DNA of 64,000 nucleotides from Dehalococcoidia bacterium (GTDB lineage Bacteria; Chloroflexota; Dehalococcoidia; Bin125): NCBI GenBank assembly GCA_963663185.1, contig OY760135.1, positions 664,081 to 728,080 of the forward strand, read 5' to 3'. Shown piece by piece: positions 57,497 to 64,000 of this stretch (position 1 is its first letter; each line of letters starts with the position of its first letter). The notes under the pieces were generated by a model. It saw only the letters and a program-made list of their open reading frames with translations, ran no database searches and was not told where the DNA came from. The position numbers and the translations under genes were made by a program.

Positions 57497-57973
57497 CTAT
57501 GGCTGCAGGGTAACGAGCGCGAGCTGGATGGGCAGCAGCGCGGACATGAGGATCGCGAAGACGAGCGGTCCGCGGTCGTTGAGGGCGTCGGCGAGTTCGT
57601 CTGAGACCTTGCCGCTCTTGCGCGCTGCGAGTGAGAGCAGTCGGACGCGTCGGACGCCGGCGAACATGCCTGGCACGAGCACGAAGAGCGAGATCAGGTA
57701 GATGATTTCTGAGGCGAGCAGCCAGCCAGTCTCAATCGGGTCGACGCTCTCAGCGCGGATGCCCCAGATCGCGCCGAGCACGCCGGTGGCGATGATGCCG
57801 GGCAGGAGCAATCGAGTGTGGGCGTGGTCTGCGGAGCGGAAGAGGACATCCCGCTCGATGGGGTCGTCGGTCTGCCAGGCTCTGGTGAGGGCGAGGGTGA
57901 GCGCGGCAACGCCGCCGGCGTAGAGGAAGGCGGCCATGCTCGTGAGCCAGCGGAAGATGTCGTCTTCGCTCAT
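57497..57973 (-). CDS. hypothetical 4-TM membrane protein (DUF2269-like)
   Basis: Hydrophobic 158-aa ORF. Confidence 0.4.
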   Translation of the reverse strand: MSEDDIFRWLTSMAAFLYAGGVAALTLALTRAWQTDDPIERDVLFRSADHAHTRLLLPGIIATGVLGAIWGIRAESVDPIETGWLLASEIIYLISLFVLVPGMFAGVRRVRLLSLAARKSGKVSDELADALNDRGPLVFAILMSALLPIQLALVTLQP

Positions 57974-59652
57974 GATCCTGCGTGGTTGGCGCCGACAGGG
58001 TGTCGCAGAGCGGTCTCGGATTCCGCGAGGACGGAGTCGATGAAGCCGAGGAAGAGCGGGTGAGTTCGTTCAGGGCGGGACTGGAGCTCGGGATGGAACT
58101 GTGAGCCGAGCATGAAGGGATGATCGTCGACTTCGGCGATTTCGACGAGAGCGCCGTCGCGCGAGGTGCCGCTGGCGATGAGTCCAGCTCGCTCGAAGCG
58201 ATCGCGGAAGACTGGATTGAACTCCCAACGGTGGCGGTGTCGCTCATAGGCCAACTCGGCGTTGTAGAGGCTGCGAGCGCGGGTTTCAGGCAGCAGTCGG
58301 CAGGCGTATCGGCCGAGCCGCATGGTGCCGCCCTTCTGGGTCACGGCGCGTTGATCATCGAGCAGGGCGATGACGGGGTGCTCGGTGTGTTCGTCAGCTT
58401 CGGTGGTGTTGGCGTCGTCGAGTTGGAGACGGTCGCGGGCGAAGGCGATGACCATGTTCTGCATGCCGCGGCAGAGTCCGAGGTAGGGGATGCGCTGTTC
58501 GAGCGCGAATCGGGCGACGCCGACCTCGCCTTCAATGCCGCGCTCGCCGAAGCCGCCAGGCACGATGACGCCATCGACATCGGCGAGGGCGGCGGCGATC
58601 TGCGGCTGGTCGGCGGCGTCCAGGCGATCGGATTGGATCCAGCTGATTTCGACGCGCGCACGACGTTGGGCGCTGGCGTGGATCAGGGCTTCCTTGACGG
58701 AGAGATAGGCGTCGCGCAGCTCGACATACTTGCCGACGATGGCGACATGGCAGGTGCGCTCGGCGGAATCCAGCCTGGAGGTCCAGTCAACCCAGGCTTC
58801 GATCGAGCGTTCGGCCGGGCAGGGTCGCGCGGTGAGCTGGAGTCGGTCGAGCGTGAGGTCGGTGAGGCCGGCGCGGTCGAGCATGGCGGGAACCTGGTAG
58901 ATCGAGGGGACGGTTTCCAGCGTCATCACGGCTTCGGTCGGGACGTCGCAAAAGAGGGCGAGTTTGTCGGTGATGGAACGGTCGGCTGGGATGTCGGTAC
59001 GGGAGATGATGACGTCAGGTTGGATGCCCATGCTGCGCAGCGTGCGAACGGAGTGTTGGGTGGGCTTGGTCTTGAGCTCGTTGGTCGCCTGGAGGTGAAA
59101 GAGCGGCGTGACATGAATCGCGAGCGTGCTGTGTCGCGGCTCTTCGTAGCGCATCTGGCGGATCGCTTCGAGGAAGGCCTGGCCTTCGATGTCGCCGACG
59201 GTTCCGCCGACCTCAACGATCAGGACGTCAACGCTGGCCTGCCGGGCGAGACCGCGGACGCGTTCTTTGATCAGATCGGTGACGTGCGGGATGGTCTGGA
59301 TGGTGCCGCCGAGATAGTCGCCGCGCCGTTCGCGTTCGATCACTTCGGCGGAGATCTGACCCATGGTGACGGAGGCGGCGGCAGACAAATTCTGGTCGAG
59401 GAAGCGCTCGTAGTGGCCGAGGTCAAGGTCGGTTTCGGCGCCGTCGTCGGTGACGTAGACCTCACCGTGCTGATAGGGGGACATGGTGCCGGGGTCAACG
59501 TTGAGGTAAGGATCGAGCTTTTGGACGGTGACGGAGAGTCCGCGCGACTGGAGGAGACGACCGAGCGAGGCGGTGGTGATGCCCTTGCCGACGGAGGAGA
59601 TGACGCCGCCGGTGATGAAGATGTACTTCGGCGAGTCGTCAGCGGTGCTCAC
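57970..59652 (-). CDS. pyrG: CTP synthase
   Basis: ..KYIFITGGVISSVGKGI.., ..GICLGMQ-like CRGMQNMVIA.. (GATase Cys), ..HRHRWEFN.. Confidence 0.9.
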   Translation of the reverse strand: MSTADDSPKYIFITGGVISSVGKGITTASLGRLLQSRGLSVTVQKLDPYLNVDPGTMSPYQHGEVYVTDDGAETDLDLGHYERFLDQNLSAAASVTMGQISAEVIERERRGDYLGGTIQTIPHVTDLIKERVRGLARQASVDVLIVEVGGTVGDIEGQAFLEAIRQMRYEEPRHSTLAIHVTPLFHLQATNELKTKPTQHSVRTLRSMGIQPDVIISRTDIPADRSITDKLALFCDVPTEAVMTLETVPSIYQVPAMLDRAGLTDLTLDRLQLTARPCPAERSIEAWVDWTSRLDSAERTCHVAIVGKYVELRDAYLSVKEALIHASAQRRARVEISWIQSDRLDAADQPQIAAALADVDGVIVPGGFGERGIEGEVGVARFALEQRIPYLGLCRGMQNMVIAFARDRLQLDDANTTEADEHTEHPVIALLDDQRAVTQKGGTMRLGRYACRLLPETRARSLYNAELAYERHRHRWEFNPVFRDRFERAGLIASGTSRDGALVEIAEVDDHPFMLGSQFHPELQSRPERTHPLFLGFIDSVLAESETALRHPVGANHAGS

Positions 59653-59900
59653 TGGAGGGCTGACCCTCCCTGCAGATTGACGAGCAGGTCTACATGATCG
59701 CCGTCATTGAGCGGGTCGTCGGGTTGGGCCTGCGTGGAGTTGATGACCACGGCAATGGCCTCTTGGTCCTGGGCGGAGAATGCCTCGTCGTCAAGGATGT
59801 GTTGAGCGGTGATGCCCTCATACCAATCGATCGCGAGTTGGGACTGCTTGGATTTGGAGAGCGGCACGAGGGTCATGAACAGTTTGACGTTGATCGCCAT
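59649..59900 (-). CDS. MoaD/ThiS-family ubiquitin-like sulfur-carrier protein with a 4-residue extension after Gly-Gly
   Basis: 83 aa ending ..DGDHVDLLVNLQGGSALQ. Its stop overlaps the pyrG start by 4 bp. Confidence 0.5.
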   Translation of the reverse strand: MAINVKLFMTLVPLSKSKQSQLAIDWYEGITAQHILDDEAFSAQDQEAIAVVINSTQAQPDDPLNDGDHVDLLVNLQGGSALQ

Positions 59901-60028
59901 AAAAGGACTCCGAAGCTGGCTGTTGCGAGTGTATCAATAGTGCCCAACGCATGGCTGCAATCTGATTGACGAGATCGGCCTGCTGCCCGCTGATCGCGAT
60001 GCTGCGCCCGCGTCAAACCAGCTTCGTG

Positions 60029-60892
60029 TCAGTTTCGATCCGACGACTGATCGAGGGTGGATACCACCTCTTGCAGGATGCGTACAGCGGTGTCGCGGAA
60101 GGCGGGGTGGTTGGGTTGGCCGCCCATCGGATAGGGGAACAGGGTGGCGAAGCGCGATAGCGTAAGGGCGACCTGTCTGGTGGTGCGGGCGAGCTCCGGA
60201 TGCGCCTGGCTGCGCCAGAAGCTGGCGCCTTCGCCCCAGTTGGCAGCGAGCGACTGGGCATGATGGGCGTGGCGTTGGGGTTCGAGTTCGGTGTCGCTCT
60301 GCAGGATCGCGATCTGTTCGCGCAGATGCCGCAGCGCAGCCGGTCTACTGAAGGCGAACGCGTCTATTGCGACGGCCAAGAGCTCGTGACCATCGCTCGT
60401 TGCGGCATCAGCGGCACCTTTGCGATGGCGCAGGAAGATCGCGCGTAGCGGCGTCAGCTGATTGAACTGTGACTCGGCGATCCAGGGCGAGATCTGTTCG
60501 GTCATCGGTCCGTCGCGTCGCCAGGCGCGACGCTGGTCGTCGCAGCCGACGATCAGGCCGAAGTCGGGTCCGAAGGGTGTTTCGCCGCAGCCGAGCGCGG
60601 TGACGCAGCGACGGTGACTGAGCTCTCGGCGGATGCGTCTGTGCGCGATCGCGCGCTGGAGACGGTTGGGCGCTTGCTGTTCAATGGTGGTCGCGTTCGC
60701 GCCGAGCGCAGCGAGCCCATCCTTGAGGGATCGAGGGAGCTGTTGACTGCCTGGCGGCAGGTAGAGCGCACCGGTTGCGGCGCCGATGGTTGCGCTGTCG
60801 GCCTCAAGTCCGAGCGATTTCAGCTGTCCGACGAGGCATCCGATCAGCGGAGTCCAGTGGTACTCGTAGTGAGTGTCGAGGAAGGCCTGCAT
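60029..60892 (-). CDS. hypothetical protein
   Basis: 287-aa ORF following the monooxygenase-like gene with a 15-bp gap; no confident family. Confidence 0.35.
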   Translation of the reverse strand: MQAFLDTHYEYHWTPLIGCLVGQLKSLGLEADSATIGAATGALYLPPGSQQLPRSLKDGLAALGANATTIEQQAPNRLQRAIAHRRIRRELSHRRCVTALGCGETPFGPDFGLIVGCDDQRRAWRRDGPMTEQISPWIAESQFNQLTPLRAIFLRHRKGAADAATSDGHELLAVAIDAFAFSRPAALRHLREQIAILQSDTELEPQRHAHHAQSLAANWGEGASFWRSQAHPELARTTRQVALTLSRFATLFPYPMGGQPNHPAFRDTAVRILQEVVSTLDQSSDRN

Positions 60893-60906
60893 GCGACGCA
60901 GCGGCC

Positions 60907-62100
60907 TCAGAAGACGTTGGCGGGTCGGCGTCCGAGACGGAAGGCGCCGGACTGCTCGTAGGCGCTGTCGGCTACGTAGATGTGTTGGCTGGCGACGGTG
61001 AGGTCTCGCAGGAGTCGTTGCAGCGGATGGTCAAGGAAGGCGGCTGCGCCGCCGCCGTTGTGGTGAGCGAAGCGGACGATGTCCAGACAGGCGTCGGTGA
61101 CCCATGTCACCATGCCGCGAATGTGGGCGTCGTGGTCGTCGGTGATCTCGCCGCCGGCTTCGCAGCGAGCCATGGCGTCGTCGAGTGTCGTCAGGGCGTA
61201 GGCGCGGGCGGCCTCGTATCGGCAGTAGTGTTCGCCAACATCGCGCTGGAACGCGCCGCGGTCAGCGATGGCGCTGGTTGATCCCATGCGGGTGCGTTCG
61301 GTGATCTCGCTGCTCAGCAGTTGCAGGGCGCGACGGGCGGAACCGAGCGCGATGCCGGTGTGTCCAGGGCTGAGGAAGGTGATCGTGGGCAGGTAGAACC
61401 AGGGGCCGCCGCGATTGGCGTGGCGTCCGCCGAATGGCGTGATGTAGGGCGCCTCAACGACGACGTCGTGCGCCTGGTAGTGGCAGCTGCCGGTGCCTTC
61501 GAGTCCCATGACGTGCCAGCTGTCCTCGACTTCGAGTCGCGATTGTTCGACGACGCAGCCGACGATTGGCGGGATGCTGCTGTGCGGGTCGGGGCGGGAT
61601 CCATCCTCGCGCAGTACGACGGCGTTGGCGAGCACCCAGCCGCAGTGTTGGATGCCGCTGGCGAAGGACCAGCGTCCGTTGAGTCGGAAGGCACCGTCGG
61701 CAAGCGGAGTGGCGACACCTTGCGGATTGGCGGTCCCGGCCACACGAGGGAACGGCTCGCCGAAGACGGCATCGAGGGCGACGCCGTCGTTGAGATGCGA
61801 GCCGACCATGCCGGCCGTTTCGGCCTGGATCATGGCGACCCAGCCGCTGCTCACGTCAATGCTCGCCAGATGCTCGAAGACTTCGACCTGCGTGGCGGGA
61901 TGCACGTCGAATCCGCAGACCTCCCGCGGAGAGGCCATGGCAAAGGCGTCCACGCTTTCGAGTACCTGGAGCAGCTCGGCTGTCATCGAGCGGGCTTGGG
62001 TTGAGGCGTCGGCGTGGGCGTTGATGGCGTCGCTGACGGACTCGGCTCGTTCGAGCCAGTCGGTGCGCTCGCGAATCCGATCGGGCGTGGTTCGTGACAT
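60907..62100 (-). CDS. acyl-CoA dehydrogenase-fold flavin monooxygenase/dehydrogenase (DszC/HpaB-C2-like)
   Basis: 397 aa with ACAD-like three-domain layout (..GWVAMIQAE.., ..GRWSFASG.., ..DACLDIVRFAHHNGGGAAF..). Confidence 0.55.
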   Translation of the reverse strand: MSRTTPDRIRERTDWLERAESVSDAINAHADASTQARSMTAELLQVLESVDAFAMASPREVCGFDVHPATQVEVFEHLASIDVSSGWVAMIQAETAGMVGSHLNDGVALDAVFGEPFPRVAGTANPQGVATPLADGAFRLNGRWSFASGIQHCGWVLANAVVLREDGSRPDPHSSIPPIVGCVVEQSRLEVEDSWHVMGLEGTGSCHYQAHDVVVEAPYITPFGGRHANRGGPWFYLPTITFLSPGHTGIALGSARRALQLLSSEITERTRMGSTSAIADRGAFQRDVGEHYCRYEAARAYALTTLDDAMARCEAGGEITDDHDAHIRGMVTWVTDACLDIVRFAHHNGGGAAAFLDHPLQRLLRDLTVASQHIYVADSAYEQSGAFRLGRRPANVF

Positions 62101-62255
62101 CTGGCACCTCTGTGGCTTCCCTGCTTGAGGATATCGAGCTTGGCGGGAACGAGAAGGCGGCTCAGGGACGAGAGGCGGCTTGAGTCTGACGGGTAGAGGA
62201 GTGGAAGGGCAGAAATGCGATAGCGTGACGGCAGAGCTGATGGCTGGAGTCGAAG

Positions 62256-62957
62256 ATGGACAGCGTTCGCGCCCTACTGATTCTGCTGCCGGATGCGCAG
62301 CTGCCAGAAGCGTCGAGTGTTGAGCATGCGGACGCGATCGTGCTCGCGCCGCCGACGGACGAGGCTGATTTCGCCACAGCTGCCGATCGCGTCGCGGACG
62401 CGCTGCTACTGGGTCCGCCGATTTATCTGGTGATACCGCCGCTGGAGTCAGGGCTCGCGCGACGCTATCTCCAATCGGCGTTTCAGGCAGGCGTGTACGG
62501 GATTGCGAGCCAGGCGTTGAAGAGTGTGGATCAATTGCGCTATCTCGAGAGCCTGATCGAGGAACTCGAGGTTCGCGCTGGGGTTCGGGCGGGGCTGACG
62601 GCGATGGCGGTGGGCTTCGATAGTCCTCGCGCGCTGACGATCATGGCTGAGGCGCTGTCGGCGATGCGCCACTCTGCGGATCGGATGACGTGGATCGCGT
62701 TCAATCATGTCGATTTGGCGGCGATCCTGGGTGTGGAGCCGGAAAGCGCGACGGTCGCGTCGGCGAGCGCGAGTGTCGTGTTGACGGCGGCCGGGTTTGA
62801 GCTTCCCGTGGTCTATGGGTCGCCGGGCGATGCTGAGCTGGCCGCGTCCTTGGGGTTTCGAGGTTGCGCGACGGTTGATGCCGCCGATCTTGAAGGTCTG
62901 CGGTCTTTATTCAGTCGGTCAGAGACGGAATCAGTTGCAGCTGAGGAGAGCGCGTAA
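62256..62957 (+). CDS. HpcH/HpaI-aldolase / CitE-like protein (divergent paralog)
   Basis: 233 aa with TIM-barrel HpcH-like periodicity. 1-bp-adjacent to and co-directional with the next CitE-like gene. Confidence 0.4.
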   Translation: MDSVRALLILLPDAQLPEASSVEHADAIVLAPPTDEADFATAADRVADALLLGPPIYLVIPPLESGLARRYLQSAFQAGVYGIASQALKSVDQLRYLESLIEELEVRAGVRAGLTAMAVGFDSPRALTIMAEALSAMRHSADRMTWIAFNHVDLAAILGVEPESATVASASASVVLTAAGFELPVVYGSPGDAELAASLGFRGCATVDAADLEGLRSLFSRSETESVAAEESA

Positions 62958-63853
62958 TGGCAGATACGGTGATGCGCACGATGTTGTCGGTGCCTGGTAT
63001 CCGCGAGCGATTTATCGAGAAGGCCCGCGGGGCGCCGGCCGATGTGCTGTGCTTTGACCTCGAGGACTCAGTGGCCTGGGACGACAAGCCGACGGCGCGG
63101 GCGTTGTTGGCGAGAGTCCTGCCTGAGTTCCCGAAACGTGGCCGCAAGATCTTCGTCCGCACGAATGGCTATGACACGGGCTTGATCGAGCAGGAGCTCG
63201 ACGCGCTGGCGCAGCCGTGGTTGGACGGTGTCAGCGTCTCGAAGGTGGAGCGCGCGCGGGATGTTGAACGGATTGATGACTATCTGACGCTGCTGGAGCG
63301 CTCGCGCGGTCTGGTGGATGGACAGGTGAAGATTGCCGCCTGGATCGAGAATACGCACGCGGTCGCGAATGCATATGAGATCTGCGCGGCGTCGGAACGC
63401 TTGGTGGGGATCTGCGTCGGGGGCGAAGACTACGCGGTGAGCATCGGGGTGCGTCGGACGAAGGGCGGCGCTGAGTTGGAGCTGGCGCGACGCGTTGCGG
63501 TGAATGCTGCTCATGCGGCCGGGATCGCGCCGTTGGATACGCCGTGGACTGACATCCGCGACGCCGATGGCTTTGAGGACGAACTTCAGCGGATGAAGGA
63601 GATCGGCTTTCGCGGCAAGTTTTGCATCCATCCGGATCAGTTGGAGCCGGCGAACCGTGTGTTCAGTCCGCCCACAGATGATGTGGAATGGGCGCGGCGC
63701 GTGGTTGATGCCTACGAGGATGGCGTCAGCCGCAATCTTGGAGCCGTGGCGTTGGATGGCCAAATGATCGATAAGCCGGTCCTGGAGCAAGCCGAGAACG
63801 TGATCGCCTGGTCGGAACAGATTGCCGCGATGGAGTCGGCGCGAGAGTCGTAG
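62957..63853 (+). CDS. CitE-family CoA-ester lyase (citrate lyase beta / (S)-citramalyl- or malyl-CoA lyase-like)
   Basis: ..RTMLSVPG.., ..DVLCFDLEDSVA.., ..FVRTN.., ..ENTHAVANAYEI.. and ..GKFCIHPDQL.. are CitE motifs. Confidence 0.75.
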   Translation: MADTVMRTMLSVPGIRERFIEKARGAPADVLCFDLEDSVAWDDKPTARALLARVLPEFPKRGRKIFVRTNGYDTGLIEQELDALAQPWLDGVSVSKVERARDVERIDDYLTLLERSRGLVDGQVKIAAWIENTHAVANAYEICAASERLVGICVGGEDYAVSIGVRRTKGGAELELARRVAVNAAHAAGIAPLDTPWTDIRDADGFEDELQRMKEIGFRGKFCIHPDQLEPANRVFSPPTDDVEWARRVVDAYEDGVSRNLGAVALDGQMIDKPVLEQAENVIAWSEQIAAMESARES

Positions 63854-63908
63854 GCTCAGGGGCAAGCCCGATCCGAGATCGAACGAAGGAACAGGCAGGA
63901 GCAGTACG

Positions 63909-64000
63909 GTGGCTCAGATTGATACGGTGCTCGGTCCGATCGATGCGCGCGAGCTGGGCTTCACGTTGTCGCATGAACACGTCGCGATGACTCCGAGCGT
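63909..64000 (+). CDS. phosphotriesterase-family (PTE/PHP) hydrolase, 5' end only
   Basis: VAQIDTVLGPIDARELGFTLSHEHVAMTPS.. is the classic PTE-family N-terminus (GPI..LG.TL.HEH). GTG start; continues past the window. Confidence 0.6.
   Translation, partial: MAQIDTVLGPIDARELGFTLSHEHVAMTPS

Noticed and set aside
58120-59697. 525-aa plus-strand ORF
   Set aside because: Antisense to pyrG, which has definitive CTP synthase motifs on the minus strand.
1-64000. CRISPR arrays and tRNA genes
   Set aside because: No series of regularly spaced identical repeats with unique spacers was seen. The tandem repeats found are contiguous, i.e. satellite-type. No tRNA-like TpsiC/acceptor pattern was spotted in intergenic regions, but a covariance-model scan is needed to be sure.

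Overview
High-GC (~65-70% by eye) bacterial chromosomal window, gene-dense and read by hand on both strands. It is mostly housekeeping and catabolic genes, interrupted by several accessory or decayed patches.

- Left edge: the 5' end of a 23S rRNA gene on the minus strand, with a sigma70-like promoter and a repeat array in its leader; no 16S or tRNA within 600 bp.
- 1.5-6.3 kb: a DUF169 gene, a membrane-anchored binding-protein-like gene, and two tandem CaiB/BaiF CoA-transferase paralogs flanking a Uma2 nuclease gene with an in-frame TGA.
- 6.3-10.1 kb: hypoxanthine-DNA glycosylase, HigB/HigA plus a decayed second copy of higA, panE, a sarcosine-oxidase-like gene.
- 10.2-12.0 kb: an ankyrin-repeat lipoprotein gene split by an IS5-family (IS427-group) element with 19-bp perfect inverted repeats; the transposase catalytic ORF carries a 14-bp tandem duplication that frameshifts it.
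- 11.9-14.5 kb: DinB-like, alpha/beta hydrolase and F420-dependent LLM oxidoreductase genes; 14.5-15.3 kb: remnants of an ATPase/DUF4276 gene pair; 15.3-17.3 kb: pepA and an FTR-like Fe-S protein.
- 18.2-21.9 kb: an AT-richer island carrying an unknown 286-aa protein and a 932-aa single-polypeptide MmeI-like PD-ExK nuclease/N6A-methyltransferase.
- 22-29 kb: CoA-transferase and crotonase genes around a 'graveyard' of toxin-antitoxin modules (DUF4258/DUF2283 pair with a start-less toxin, a chimeric toxin::antitoxin deletion remnant, a frameshifted VapC with intact VapB) and orphan AT-rich genes; then an AtzG-like small subunit plus AS amidase.
- 30-34.4 kb: a membrane Fe-S oxidoreductase (HdrD/GlpC-like) followed by EtfB and EtfA.
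- 34.4-35.8 kb: a degraded coiled-coil pseudogene with microsatellite-like repeats.
- 36.7-43.2 kb: coaE, a CbbQ/NorQ-type MoxR ATPase, a metallophosphoesterase, an 1121-aa CbbO/NorD-like VWA protein, a small membrane protein and a repeat-expanded DUF1640-like coiled-coil protein.
- 43.3-50.2 kb: two divergent ~1140-aa FtsX-family permeases with no adjacent ATPase.
- 50.3-64 kb: MFS transporter, ilvD, thermonuclease, alpha/beta hydrolase, rho with a C-rich leader, transaldolase/Fsa, pyrG coupled to a MoaD/ThiS-like gene, and an acyl-CoA-dehydrogenase-fold / CitE-like / phosphotriesterase cluster.

A recurring GGGAGAGG/CCTCTCCC palindromic hairpin family sits in several intergenic regions. No CRISPR array or tRNA was recognisable by eye. 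All family assignments are from motif recognition, not database searches.
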